Positions 51,531 through 63,228 of a DNA stretch of 64,000 bases are shown in pieces; position 1 is the stretch's first letter, and each line of letters opens with the position of its first letter. The DNA is taken from positions 24,038,510 through 24,102,509 of the forward strand of contig NC_057749.1 of NCBI RefSeq assembly GCF_004010195.1, in the 5' to 3' direction. The stretch is from Chiloscyllium plagiosum (taxonomy: Eukaryota). The notes under the pieces are model-generated. The model was not told the origin of the DNA, ran no database searches, and worked only from the letters and a program-made list of their open reading frames with translations. Position numbers and translations under genes: made by a program.

Positions 51531-51706
51531 CATGGAGTACCGAGAGTTGGCAAACCATGTTGCAGCTATATCAAACCTTCTGTTAACCTGCATTTGGAGT
51601 ACTGTGTGCAGGTTCGGTTGCCACACTACCAGAAGGAGGTGGAAGCTTTGGAGAGAGTGCAGGGAAGGTTCACCAGGGTGTTGCCTGGTCTCAAGGGCAT
51701 CGGCCT

Positions 51707-52323
51707 ATGGGGATAGACCGGGATTGGCCATGGGGATAGACTGGGATTGGCCTTGGGGATAGACTGGGATTGGCAATGGGGATAGACTGGGATTAGCCAT
51801 GGGGATAGACTGGGATTGGCAATGGGGATAGACTGGGATTAGCAATGGGGATAGACTGGGATTGGCCATGGGGATAGACTGGGATCAGCAATGGGGATAG
51901 ACTGGGATCGGCCATGGGGATAGACTGGGATCGGCCATGGGGATAGACTGGGATCAGCAATGGGGATAGACTGGGATCGGCCATGGGGATAGACTGGGAT
52001 CGGCCATGGGGATAGACTGGGATCAGCAATGGGGATAGACTGGGATCGGCAATGGGGATAGACTGGGATTAGCAATGGGGATAGACTGGGATTGGCCATG
52101 GGGATAGACTGGGATCAGCAATGGGGATAGACTGGGATCGGCCATGGGGATAGACTGGGATCGGCCATGGGGATAGACTGGGATCAGCAATGGGGATAGA
52201 CTGGGATCGGCAATGGCGATAGACTGGGATCGGCCATGGGGATAGACTGGGATCGGCCATGGGGATAGACTGGGATCGGCTATGGGGATAGACTGGGATT
52301 GGCCATGGGGATAGACTGGGATT
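51707..52323. repeat. 23-bp minisatellite (catggggatagactgggatcggc and variants) x~27
   Basis: Directly visible; embedded in CR1 coding sequence. Confidence 0.96.
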
Positions 52324-52559
52324 GTTTTCACTGGAGAGATGGCGGCTGAGAGGAGACCTGATGGAGATCTACACAACTGTGAGAGGCGTAGACAGGGAGG
52401 ATGGTTAGAGACTTTTTCCCCAGGGTTGTAGTTTCAATGACAAGGGGGCACAGGGTTCAAGGTGAGAGGGGGAAAGTTTAAGGGAGATTTGTGAGGCAAG
52501 TTTTCACGCAGAGAGTGGGAAGAGCCTGGAATCCACTGCCAGAAGAGATGGTAGAAGCA

Positions 52560-52675
52560 GCCAGCAGCAGTACAAGTTCCTCCCGTCGGAGCTCCGTGAA
52601 GATGAAAGCTAATCGTCAACGGGCAGGACGGGATCTCGGTCCCTCTCAGAACTTGAGCCATCTCCGAGCGGAAAG
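52560..52675 (+). other. Exact 116-bp copy of 52980-53095 (last TLN2 codons, stop and start of 3'UTR)
   Basis: Base-by-base identical, offset 420 bp. Confidence 0.97.
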
Positions 52676-52903
52676 AGGCATTTGCATGATTCCATGTATA
52701 AAGAGGGAATAGAGGGCAGACTGAATAAGGGCAGAAGGTTTGTTTTTTCGTTTAGTTAGGGCATGATGATCGGCACAGGCTGGGGAAGGCCGAAGGGCCT
52801 GTTCCCTGTGCTGTACTTCTCTTTTGTTCTTTGTGCCCCAGTCCCTTGGGTGTTTAACTTGGAGTCCGTCTCGGTTGGCAGTGACCATTGTTTTCTCCGG
52901 CAG

Positions 52904-53032
52904 ATCATTGCAGCCCAGGAGGAGATGCTGAGGAAGGAGAAGGAGCTGGAGGAGGCTCGCAAGAAGCTGGCGCAGATCCGCCAGCAGCAGTACAAGTTCC
53001 TCCCGTCGGAGCTCCGTGAAGATGAAAGCTAA
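52904..53032 (+). CDS. TLN2: Talin-2 terminal coding exon (dimerisation helix): IIAAQEEMLRKEKELEEARKKLAQIRQQQYKFLPSELREDES*
   Basis: cAG acceptor; TAA at 53030-53032; canonical talin C-terminus with a TLN2-like ELREDE end. Confidence 0.96.
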   Translation: MIAAQEEMLRKEKELEEARKKLAQIRQQQYKFLPSELREDES

Positions 53033-54420
53033 TCGTCAACGGGCAGGACGGGATCTCGGTCCCTCTCAGAACTTGAGCCATCTCCGAGCGGAAAGCCGGT
53101 CGCTCTGGCAGACCGCCGCGGCTGGGGGAACTTTTGCATCAACCCGGATTTACCCAATTGTAGATTGTAGTCAGAAATATGTTAGTTTTAGTATTGGCTT
53201 TCTCTACTCCCAAGGCATGCATGCACTAAAAATACATATCAGGGACGTTGACAAAGATGAATAGGGCCAGACCACGTTCTGTGCAGGAGGATGATGCCCA
53301 GACACAGAGCTGTACCTTGGACGATCTGAGTCTGTCTGCTCCGGTGATGTAGGAAGATGAAAACCATCCTGTGGATAATGTTGTTGGGGGGGGCCCACCC
53401 AGGGTTGCGTTCTGTGCAGCCAATGGGCGACACGTCCCACTGAGGAAAAGGAAAAGTAAGAGAGCAAGAAATAAATAAAACAAAAAGCCATGTTGTGTTT
53501 ACAAACCTGAGTGCTCGGTCAAAGCAGAATCCGGGCGTGCGCCAGAAAGGCAGTGTTCTTAAAATAAAAAGAAAAGGGGGGTGCAGGGAGAATTTCAGAG
53601 CACGGTTCCAAGTTCATGTCATATTTCCATGTGATGGGTACCCCCCCTGGTGCGCCTCTCCATGTCTGTACGCTTTGCCATATTAGCTGCACGGTTGCTT
53701 TAATTTGACTTTTCTATTGCCTACAACAGCTGCCTCTGTTATTCTACTTAAACCACTGAATGGCACCAAGTTCCTCTACACTTGTCTATTTTAAGTAGTG
53801 TTCCTGAAGTCTTAATCCCCAGGGGAGCTGCCAGTTTAAGCAGCACTTGGTTGCCTTCTGTGTTTCTCCATCTGATTTTTAGCCCACCAGAAAGCTGCAG
53901 TAAGCTGAAATCCCCTTCTGGATATTGCATTCCACAGAACTACACCAAGTCGTATTGTAACTCTCAGTGTCACAGACTTGCCTCTCTCCCAGCCCAGGCT
54001 CTGTCATCTCAGTGACCCTGTTCGTCTCTAAGTTCCAAATGTAGAAACATCCGTCTCTTTTGTTAAGTCACTGAGAAATTTGAACCATTGTTTTTTTTTC
54101 TTAAAGAAATGAATGAAATTCAATGCACCGAAATTATTCCTGAAGTGTTGTCGCATTGGCCTTTAGGTTTGAGTTGTTTTGAGATGGTATGTTTGAAATG
54201 GAAGGTGTACCTGCAAAATCGATATGCTGTTTTCTTCTCCGGTTTGCAAGTTCCCATTGGCTTGCCTGACCTCCTATGACCCAAAGTTGAAATGAAGCAT
54301 CACTTATAACTGCCATGACAGAATGTATTACTGTATGTAACATAAACTGCTAATTTATCGGCCACAAAAACTATTTTTTGTATTCACAGAAATAAAAAAA
54401 AAAGATTTCAAAGGAAATTC
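53033..54420 (+). other. TLN2: Probable TLN2 3'UTR
   Basis: About 1.4 kb free of recognisable repeats after the stop codon; repeats resume just past the distal AATAAA. Confidence 0.7.
54391..54396 (+). terminator. Likely main polyadenylation signal (alternatives near 53470 and 53563)
   Basis: AATAAA with upstream TGTA and T-rich motifs and a downstream GT-rich tract (gtcttgggtgggggttttcgtc). Confidence 0.65.
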
Positions 54421-54579
54421 AAGTCTTGGGTGGGGGTTTTCGTCAAGTAAGGAAATGTTCTCATAATCTTGTGTGACCATTGGGACTGCTCTCTCACCAG
54501 AGAGAGAGATGGCTGGTGGTGGGTTAACCTGAGGGTCACCACACCTCAGGCAAGGGGAAAGGTTGAGAAGGCACGGCCT

Positions 54580-55160
54580 TCTGCCTTTATTACTCAGACC
54601 GTTGAGTTTAAGAGTTAGGATGTCATGTTGCAGTTGGTGAGGAAGAAGGGCTCATGCCCGAAACGTCGATTCTCCTGCTCCTCGGATGCTGCCTGACCTG
54701 CTGCGCTTTTCCGGCAACACGTTTTCAGCTCTGATCTCCAGCATCTGCAGTCCTCACTTTCTCCTGCAGTTGGTGAGGAGTACTGTGTACAGTTCTGGAT
54801 GTGAGTAAGTTGGAGAGGGTGCAGAAAAGATAAACAAGAATTTTACTGGGCCTGGAGGTGTTGAGTTATAAGGAAAGGCTGGATAGGCTGGAGCTCTTTT
54901 CCTTGGAGTTTAGGAGGTTGAGGGGTGACCTTGTAGAGGTTATGAAATCGTGAGGGGCATAGATAAGGTGAATGGCACAGGCCTTTTCCCCGGGGGGGGG
55001 GGGGGAGGAGTTCAAAACTAGAGAGTATAATTTTAAGGTGAGAGGAAAAAGATTTAAAAGGGACCCGAGGGGCAACTTTTTCCACACAGACAATGGCTCA
55101 TATGTGGAATGAACTGTCAGAGGATGTGGCGGTTGCAAGTACACTCACACGTTTAGACAG
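54580..55160 (+). mobile_element. CR1 LINE 3' fragment containing a pLTR-derived insertion (54644-54764)
   Basis: CR1 motifs; the insert has a 15-bp TSD tgcagttggtgagga and gggctcatgccc-gaaac-gtc. Confidence 0.82.
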
Positions 55161-55184
55161 GTCAGAGGAAAACAGGCCAAATGA

Positions 55185-55735
55185 CTATTTAAATGACCTT
55201 AAAGTTGGCGAGTCTACTACTGTTGTAGGCAGTGCGTTCCACACCCTTAGTATTCTCTGAGTTAAGAAACTATCCTAAATCTGTTCTATATCTATCACCT
55301 CTCAATTTAAAGCTAGCCATCATCATCCGAGGAAAAAGCCTCTCACTGTCCACTCTATCTAACCCTCTGATTATCTTGTACGTCTCAATTAAGTCACCTC
55401 TCAACTTTCTTCTCTCTAATGAAAACAGCCTCAAGTCCTTCAGCCTTTCTTCATTAGACCTTCCCTCCACACCAGGCAGCATCCTGGTAAATCTCCTTTG
55501 AACCCTTTCCAAACCTTCCACATCCTTTCTATAATGCAGTGACCAGAACTGTCTGCAATTCACCAAGTGCAGCCACACCTGAGTTTTGTACAGCTGCAGC
55601 ATGACCTCATGGCTCCAAAACTCAATCCCTCTACCCATAAAAGCTAACACACTGTATGCCTTCTTAACAACCCTATCAACCTGGGTGGCAACCTTCAGGG
55701 ATCTATATACATGGACACCGAGATCTCTCTGCTCA
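55185..55735 (-). mobile_element. CR1 LINE 3' fragment
   Basis: ORF 55270-55743: EQRDLGVHV...LRGDLIETYK. Confidence 0.9.
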
Positions 55736-57257
55736 GTAAACATGGAAAAAGAAATAAAAGTTCAACATCACGCTCTGTCAGTCCAAAAACGTGATTGGGG
55801 TGACCCCCATGTGCCCATCGTTCCTGGGCAACTTTAGCTTCCAGCCTGCTAGCACCTTGGTCTTTAAAACCCTCGCCTGTGTTTTCAAATCCCTTCCCTG
55901 CCATCTACACTGGGGTCTGCAGTCACTGTCTGAGCTGAGGCTGCACTGCTCTGAGTCTGCTGTCTCCACTCGGAAGATAGCAGCTCAGACTGCAGTGAGG
56001 TACTGCTCTCTGCAGTGACCCCACCTCTGGGATGTGTGACCTCCCTTCTGGGAGCAAGGCAGTGAAAGGGTTACACAGGTAAAGAACATGTTTTCCCTCT
56101 GTGAGCGGGGGCTAATCAACTCTGCCACAGAAACCAGTTTGAGGCTAAAAACATGAAATGTTTTGCAAGAAGGAATTAGATGTAGTTATCATAGAGTCAA
56201 TAGCGATGTACAGCACAGAAACAGACCCTTTGGTCCAACCCGTCCATGCTGACCAGATATCCCAACCCAATCTAGTCCCATTTGCCAGCACCCGGCCCAG
56301 ATCCCTCTATTCATTTACCTATCCAGATGCCTTTTAAATGCTAAGGGAGGGGTGGATGTTAAAGGGTGTGGGGAGAAAGCAGGAACTGGGGACTGAGTTA
56401 GATGATCAGCCAGGATCATATTGAATGGGGGAGCAGGCTTGAAGGGCCACATGGCCTCCTGTGTTGGTGCCCAAGCTGGGTCAAAATCCTGGGCATTACC
56501 TGACTCGCCTGCAGCACTGAGGGTGCCCCTACCCCCTCACAGACTGCAGCGATGACATTCTCATCATCTTCCCAACAGCAATGAAGGCTAGACAACAGAT
56601 GCTGGCTCTCACTAGACTCTGTTTGAGTCTCACAGTGCAATCAGTTGTGTAACCATGCGTTTGATTGAACAGAATAATCTTTGGAGCTTTAATTTTTTTT
56701 TAAAACATGCATGTGGAAAGAGTGTGAAACAAGCCTGCGATACCCAGTCTCTGAGAATCAGCAGTGTGATAAAGCCGTGATAGTGGGGAGTAACGGTACC
56801 AGCTGGCCTGGGAGGAGGAACAGGCTGAATATCTGCAAGCCAGCACCTCTGACAGTGCAGCAGCCCCTCAGCACTGCACTGTGACTGTCAGTCCATTGAA
56901 TAGTTCAGTTGTTGGGACCAACTCATTGTCATCTGCCCCACAACCCTCCAGTCCATCGTGCAATCTGTCTCACAGTTCGTGTGTCAGTGTACATATTAGA
57001 TTAAATTACTTACAGTGTGGAAACAGGCCCTTTACCTGAGGCAGGAATTGAACCCTGGTCTCTGACACTGTGAGGCAGCAGTGCTAACCACTGTGCCACC
57101 GTGCTGCCCATACAAGATACATGACCATCATTGTGTCAGAGTATGCAACCTGTGGATATAAAAGTCTCATACTCCATCTTACCGCAGGATCACTTGAACA
57201 TGGGCATGCTACTGAAAGCATGGGATTCTCACAGTTCAATGTCAGCCTGGGCACTTA

Positions 57258-57459
57258 TAATCTGTTCAGCTATAACACAATGTTTCTGTTCCTGTGTAAT
57301 TCTGCATTATAAGAATATTGTGTAATAGCAGCACCATTTAAACCAATGGGAGTGGAAGTGCGTTATAGCCAATACAGGTCAGGAAAGTTCACATTCCACA
57401 AATAGCGGTCTAAATACTTCAACCGTATTATAGCCAACTCACGTTGGAGAAACCGACTG
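57258..57459 (-). mobile_element. Tigger/pogo-like MITE (same family as 24744-24962)
   Basis: Ends aaccgactg|TA; reverse complement aligns with the 24.8 kb copy. Confidence 0.7.
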
Positions 57460-58454
57460 TACATGTTTATGAATGTAATAGGGTGTGAACCTTCGGGGTC
57501 AGAGATGAGAGAGAGCAGGCCAAAAACTGGACATGGATATTGAATTAGTTTTATTGTCACATGTACTCAGATGAATACAGTGAGGAGTTTACTGTTGCCA
57601 TATTACAGCGCCATCTCAGGTACAGAGGTACCTAGGTATAAATACTTAAGATCAAGTTCTTCGGAAACAAAAAATAATTAGAAAAGTGAAGAAATAAATA
57701 GTCCAGCATTATGGGTCTTGGGAATAAATGAGGAAAATAAAGAAGAAAATTGTGTGGATTATCAGTTTTTCCCAACCCATTCAAGCCAGCACCAAGCCTC
57801 AGGAGAGAGCCCCACCACTTCACTGCCATCTGCATCAGCAACCCCCTCCACCCCCAGTATAGGGTCGCCCCACATTAAGGTACCATCTCTCTGCCACTGG
57901 TCCTACTTCGTTGACGTTGCTGTGATATAGCAGGGCTTGCTGTTTCCAATCTCTGATTGATCTGACTCCCAGAGGAAACAATAAACAGAACGGGCAATCT
58001 TGGGCAATCTCAGAAGTAACGCATGAAGATCCCTCCTCAACACCCTGGATTGGTCAAATAACATCTGTCATACAATCACGAGCCTTTATTCCTCTCGACA
58101 TTTCACAGCTCGGCTGCATTCTGTTTCATTTTAACGAATAGAGAATTTTTGCTCTTATAAAGGATGTTTACTACCTGGTACTGGTACTGTTCCGTTTGGT
58201 CAAAGTATAAGCTGACAGTGCCTGTGAAAGTGAAACCGCAGGCTAAGATAAATATTGGCTGTTGACTGAAGCTTTCTTAGGCTTCAGGAATGGGAATGCA
58301 GTTAGTGGCTGTGACCATCTCTTTGTGTTTTGATCATTGTCCCTCTCTATTCCATAGTGTGTTCTGTCTCACGGTACATGTGTCAGTGTACCTTTAAGAG
58401 ACATGGCCACGACCATCATTATATCAGAACGTGACCTGTGGGTATAAAGTCAAG

Positions 58455-58580
58455 ATTAGAGCGATGCTGGAAAAGCACAGCAGGTCAGGCAGTATCCGAG
58501 GAGCAGGAAAATCAACGTTTCGGGCAAAGCCCTTCATCAGGAATGAAGGGCTTCTCCAGCATCTGCAGTACACATTTCTC
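58455..58580. mobile_element. Fold-back pLTR-derived element with the second arm partly deleted
   Basis: Minus arm reads ctgatga-agggctttgccc-gaaac-gtt, followed by gaagggct fused to ccagcatctgcagt. Confidence 0.72.
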
Positions 58581-58769
58581 TATCTTACTCTATCTTACCC
58601 CAGGATCACTGGAGCATGACATGCTACAGAAAGCATAGTAATCCAAGCTGTTTAATGTTAGCCTGGATACTTATGTGTTTGTGAATGTAATATTTGCATT
58701 TGTAACAAACGTCTTTTGGGTTTTTCTATACCACAATATCTGTGTTCAGTTTTTGATTTATAGATCTTT

Positions 58770-60170
58770 TTAATTGAAAGAAAAGGATTTTTTATAAAAT
58801 TACAACAATAAATCAACAAAAAAACACTACTTAATATATGTAAAAACAGCATCAAGAAATAATAACGCAAATAAAACACAACCATACTCATGTGCAAGAT
58901 GAACAAATCAGTAAAGGCAATTAATAAATAAATAAATGAAACAGCTCAGCACAATTAGCTCCCGACCCCCGAGAGCATTGAGTATTACACATAAATTAAG
59001 TTGAAATTCTTCCTTCGAGGGCATCACGTTCCCTAAATCAGATCATCATAGCTACACAAAAGCCCGAGTTAAAATGGCAAATAAATCTACATCCGGATAA
59101 TCCAAAAAGGGCTACCATATCTTATAAAAATGTTCAGTTTTTCGGTGTACCATATTCATAAGAAAGTCCAAAGGAATATGGCCCATGATTAGTCTACACC
59201 AATCCGACAGACCCAGGAGGGTTTTCAAAGACCCAACACATCAGAATATTTTCCTCGCACAAAAACTGAGAATATTAAAACGTTTTTTTTTCCCATGAGT
59301 GTCTAAAGAAGATAAATTGGGTAGGCCCAGGAGAAGAGAGATAGGGTCCCTCTTCACTTCGATCCCCAAGACCCTCTCTACAGCATTCCAATTTGTACGG
59401 AGCCTGCAGCAAGACCACAGACAATGAGTGAGCGTAGCGATACTTATTTTACACTTAGGACTTAATGAAGATGCTCCCATCTGAAATTCTGCGAGATTGT
59501 CTGGGGCCAAATGGACCCGATGCAGAATCTTTAGCTGCACAGCATGGATCCTATTACAGATCGAAACCTTTCTCACATTTTCATAAGTGTTCTCCCATGT
59601 CTCCATAGAGATCTCAACCCTTAGCTCTCTCTCCCAGCACCTACAGAGCCGCTCAACGTCTTTTGAAAGATCACCCCCTAACATAAGATAGAGTAGAGTC
59701 ACAGAGCTGTACAATATGGAAACAGACCCTTCGGTCCAACCCGTCCATGCCGACCAGATATCCCAACCCAATCTAGTCCCACCTGCCAGCACCCCGGCCC
59801 ATATCCTTCCAAACCCTTCCTATTCATATACCCATCCAGATGCCTTTTAAATGTTGCAATTGTACCAGCCTCCACCAGTTCCTCTGGCAGAGAGTACTTC
59901 TGGCATGAAGCATGTCTTCTCCATGACAGATCTGTAGGAGTCAGTTAAAAGCGTGGTCACTTTCTGAATCCCTGACCTGAAAAAAGTTCTCTGCTAACTA
60001 AACCATACTTATGGGTTATTTGGTCAAAGGGCATCAGTATTTCACCTTCAAATAAATCACTGTGTCCAGTTTTTAATGTTACAAGGGATAGCATATGCAT
60101 TGGCTCATCAGGTAAAATCCCCTGTCAAAGGCAAGACACACATCACCTCCAAATCTCTCAAAGCTTTCGA
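58770..60170 (-). mobile_element. L1/Tx1-like LINE 3' remnant with a CR1 tail inserted at ~59694-59890
   Basis: QLKILHRVHLAP...PKCK...TLTHCLWSC is the C-terminal zinc-knuckle (zf-RVT-like) region. Confidence 0.75.
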
Positions 60171-60349
60171 TTCCATGCTCCTGCTAATAACAAATTATCC
60201 CAGGCCTGAGAAAGCGGCACTCGACCTGAAATGTTAACTTTGATTTCTCTCCACAGACACTGCCAGATCCACTGAGCTTTCCCAGCAACTTCTGTTTTTG
60301 TTTCTGATCCTTTCCCTGATTCCTTTTTGAAGAAAACTGTCCAATTTTT

Positions 60350-60660
60350 GGTGGCACAGTGGTTAGCACTGCTGCCTCACAGCGCCAGAGACCTGGGTTC
60401 AATTCCCGCCTCAGGCAACTGTCTGTGTGGAGTTTGCACATTCTCCCCGTGTCTGCGTGCGTTTCCTCGGGGTGCTCCGGTTTCCTCCCACAGTCCAAAA
60501 ATGTGCAGGTTAGGTGAATTGGCCATGCTAAATTTCCCGCAGTGTTAGGTGAAGGGGTAAATGTAGGGGAATGGGTCTGGGTGGGTTACTCTTTGGAGGG
60601 TCGGTGTGGACTTGTTGGGCTGAAGGGCCTGTTTCCACACTGTAAGTAATCTAATCTAAT
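60350..60660 (+). mobile_element. HE1-type V-SINE, full length
   Basis: Head, core and (taatc)n tail. Confidence 0.9.
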
Positions 60661-61548
60661 AAAAAAAGCCGAGATTTATAAAGCATCTCTATGAACCTCA
60701 GAACATCCCATAGTGCCCCACAAATTTTGGTCACTGTTGTGATGTGGTGACCATAGTGATCAACTGATGTACAGCAAGCTGCCACAAACAGATAAATGTG
60801 GTAAATGACCAGATCACCTGGCCTGGTCTGCTGGCTGAGGGCCAGGAGACTGGGAAAACATCCCCCTGCTCTTCAAATAGTTGCCAAGGGGGTGCCCTTG
60901 CAGCTGAGTGGGCAGACTGGTGTCTTGGCTCATGTATTACCCAAAAGGGAGCACCTACCTCAGTGTAGCCATTGATAGCATTTCCCTGGAGGGCAACTTG
61001 AATATTTTTGTCTCTGAAATGAATCAAAGTAACCGTGGCCAACACACCCAAAGTTGATAAAACAAAGGACTGTGCATGCTGGGAAATCTGAAACAGAAGC
61101 TGCTGAAGAAACTCAGCAGATCTGGCAGCATCTGTGGAGAGAAAGCAGAGTTAAAGAGTCGGGTCCAGTGAGCCTTCTTCAGAACTCCAAAAAGTTGCCT
61201 TTCTTTGGAAATAAAAGCATTTCTTGCTTGTTGTGTTAAATAAGGAAATGTAATAGTAAGTGTGTGCGGCCAAATGTTGCAGCAATCCTGACCAAGGGAC
61301 AGTTCCTGGATGTTGGTTCATTCAGTTTTTGAGACTTCCTTCAGTACCATGCTTCTCCACTGGGTGGAGCCAGTCCACAACCAGAAATCCCGACTGACCG
61401 AGATTCCTCCAAATGGACATGCAGGTCGGGTGGATATTGGGATTCGGGAGCAGGAAACTCCAATGAAACCTGAAATCGGGCTGGATGAGGTTTCATGCCA
61501 CTACAAAGGGCACCTGGATGAGACCGAAATCAGGGAGCAGTGTTCAGG

Positions 61549-61845
61549 GCAGCTCAGTGGTTAGCACTGCTGTCTCACGGCGCCAGGGACCTGGGTTTGA
61601 TTCCACCCTAAGGCAACTGACTGTGTGGAGTTTACACATTCTCCACGTGTCTGCGTGGGTTTGCTCCGGGTGCTCTGTTTTCCTACCAGAGTTCAAAGCT
61701 GTGCAGATTAGGTGGATTGCCCATGGGAAATTGTGCAGGCTCGATGCGTTAGCCATGGGACATGTAGGGAGAGGAACTGGGTGGGATGGTCTTTGAAGGG
61801 TTGGTGTGGGCCGAATGGCCTGTTTCCACACTGCAGGGATTCTAT
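61549..61845 (+). mobile_element. HE1-type V-SINE
   Basis: Head, core and tail. Confidence 0.85.
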
Positions 61846-62304
61846 TTTTCCAGGGAGTGGCGGATTGTTAGTTGGCCCTCCCTCCTTTATCATGAGAGGA
61901 AGGAGCTCCGCTTTTCCAACAGGAGATACTGAGCACAGAATCCCTCAGGAAAATGAGGAGCCATATTTCCATTCTGACAGATCTCTCACACCATAGAGCT
62001 GTCGGGGAGGAAAAGGGGAAAACTGCAGAACCACCAAAGATGCCAATGGGAGGGATGGGGGTGCCTTTATGGTACAGGGGTTGGTCTGGGTGCAGCGAAG
62101 GGTGGGGAGGAGGGTTTGGGGTTGGGGGCTAAGTCCCAGAGGGAGACATATCGGCTGTTTCCGGAGGTGATGGGGGCAGATGTGTCAGGTCATGGTCTGG
62201 GAGAGTGTGGTTCGGGTATAGGAAATAATACTGGGGTCAATTGAATAGTTATCAAGGAGATCGACTATGCACAGACTCATAGAATTTTATAGTACAGAAG
62301 GAGG

Positions 62305-62877
62305 ATGGATGTAGGTTTGCTCGCTGAGCTGCAAGGTTCATTTCCAGACGTTTCGTTACCCTACTAGGTAACATCTTCAGTGGGCCTCAGGCGCAGCAAT
62401 GCTGAAGATTCCAGCTTTCGATTTATATGTTTGGGTTTCTTTGGGTTGGTGATGTCATTTCCTGTGGTGATGTTATTTCCTGTGGTGAAGTCACTTCCTG
62501 TTCCTTTTCTCAGGGGGTGGTAGATAGGGTCTAACTCGATGAGTTTGTTGCTAGAGTTCCGGTTGGAATGCCATGCTTCTAGGAATTCTCGTGTGTGTCT
62601 TCGTTTGGCTTGTCCTTGGATGGATGTGTTGTCCCAGTCGAAGTGGTGTCCTTCCTCATCCGTATGTGAGGATACTAGTGAGAGTGGGTCCCTAGTAGAA
62701 AGAAACCCAAACATATCAATAGAAAGCAGGAATCATCAGCATTGCTTCACCTGAGGTCCACTGAAGATGTTACCTAGTAGGGTAACGAAACTTTTGGAAA
62801 TGAACCTTGCAGCTCAGCGAGCATACCTACATCCAAACCCTCAACCTGAGCTACAAATCTTCTCAAAACTCGCTAGC
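62305..62877 (-). mobile_element. Truncated Penelope-like element with an inverted pLTR
   Basis: ORF HTDEEGHHFDWDNTSI...REFLEAWHS (GIY-YIG C-terminus); ~135-bp inverted repeats; 11-bp TSD acagaaggagg. Confidence 0.85.
62344..62383 (-). ncRNA. Minimal type I hammerhead ribozyme motif
   Basis: cca-CUGAAGA-u-guuacc-uaguag-gguaac-GAAAC-GUC-ugg: stem I cca/ugg, 6-bp stem II, intact core. Confidence 0.75.
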
Positions 62878-62959
62878 ACAGAAGGAGGCCATTCGACCCA
62901 TCGTGTCTGTCCTGACTCCCGAAATAACTACCCAGCTTGTTCTGACAGGTCTTTGATAG

Positions 62960-63228
62960 TGTGGAACTGTCGGGCATGGATGCGGAGAAACTACCAATGA
63001 GGCCCCCACCTGCATCTACCTATCGCCTTCCCAGCTACCTTCCCTCCCACCCCACCATCCCATGTATCTCTCAGCCCCTTTACCCCCCGCCTCCACATTA
63101 CTGATGAAAAGCTTATGCCCAAAACGTCGACTCACCAGCACCTCGGATGGTGCCTGACCTGCTTTGCTTTTCCAGCGTCACACTTTTCAACTCTGACTCT
63201 CCAGCATCTGCAGTCCTCACTTTCTCTC
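62960..63228 (+). mobile_element. Penelope-like pLTR fragment
   Basis: C-rich tract, degenerate ctgatga...aaaac-gtc core and the family tail. Confidence 0.7.

Larger units (their letters stand above)
51040..52830 (+). mobile_element. CR1 LINE 3' fragment hosting several later insertions
   Basis: WQMEIN..KCEV, DLGVQVHSSLK, HLEYCVQ and FTQRVGRAWNPLP segments. Confidence 0.88.

Noticed and set aside
52560..52675. Processed pseudogene or functional alternative last exon
   Set aside because: No polyA, TSD or exon junction, no pyrimidine tract, and it starts mid-exon.
1395..53032. Assignment to TLN1
   Set aside because: Diagnostic residues (DGDFSE, FVSIPAQ, HTHDAITEAAQLMKEAVDDI, IGFQI, ELREDE) and large introns fit TLN2.
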